NCBI GenBank assembly: GCA_027310185.1
Contig: DAIDBH010000018.1
Location: 1-64,000, forward strand
Length of the DNA stretch: 64,000 nucleotides
Direction: 5' to 3'
DNA from: Thermoplasmatales archaeon
GTDB taxonomy: Archaea; Thermoplasmatota; Thermoplasmata; Thermoplasmatales; Thermoplasmataceae
Both the position numbers and the translations under genes were made by a program. Below the pieces are notes generated by a model. The model did not search any database and had not been told where the DNA came from. It saw only the letters and a list, made by a program, of their open reading frames with translations. Within the stretch, counting starts at the first letter, position 1, and the number at the start of each line of letters is the position of its first letter. Of the stretch, positions 63,771 through 64,000 are shown piece by piece.

Positions 63771-64000
63771 TTAGCTCTCCCTGAAAATCAACTTCATCAA
63801 TTCCGCATAAGTTGAATATGCTTCTCTTCCCCTATCGGTGATTGATACAGAGATGCCTGGACCCTTCCTCCTGAGAACAGTTTTTACTGATACCATACCA
63901 CTCTCCTCAAGTTTTTCCAGATGGTTGCTAAGGCTACCTTTCCCGCAGGAGGTTACTGCCATCAACTCCTTGAGGCTCATCTTACCATTGATTGCAAGTG
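63771..64000 (-). CDS. Winged-helix transcriptional regulator (MarR-like), 5' end outside the window
   Basis: GSLSNHLEKLEESG...ITDRGREAY; frame stays open to the window edge. Confidence 0.8.
   Translation of the reverse strand, partial: LAINGKMSLKELMAVTSCGKGSLSNHLEKLEESGMVSVKTVLRRKGPGISVSITDRGREAYSTYAELMKLIFRES

Overview
Archaeal DNA, most likely Thermoplasmatales (inferred from iorAB, a type IIIA H+-ATPase, TATA-box/leaderless gene starts and IS types). By eye, ~1.2-34.3 kb is an AT-rich defence/accessory island. It holds an IS110 element, an OLD-type ATPase/TOPRIM nuclease, a Zn-ribbon/RelE-like + Panacea/YwgA-like + degenerate TGT-fold trio, a SauUSI-like PLD-helicase-DUF3427 protein, a decayed IS3, a UvrD-nuclease fusion and a five-gene epimerase/radical SAM/WG-repeat methyltransferase/phosphatase/GT4 cluster. 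It also holds an eight-gene minus-strand operon (wHTH, DpdJ-like helicase, DpdK-like PLD, ParA, small protein, DpdA-like transglycosylase with a DpdC/DUF5591-like tail, DGQHR/DpdB-like protein, diadenylate-cyclase-domain protein). This operon is the best candidate for an undescribed system: a compact 7-deazaguanine (Dpd)-like DNA modification/restriction module coupled to a cyclic dinucleotide synthase. From ~34.4 kb the window is mostly GC-richer metabolic/stress genes, plus an AbiE pair with a broken antitoxin and a DUF2075-MazG-like pair. No rRNA, tRNA or CRISPR array was recognised. All family assignments come from motif recognition by eye, not from database searches.
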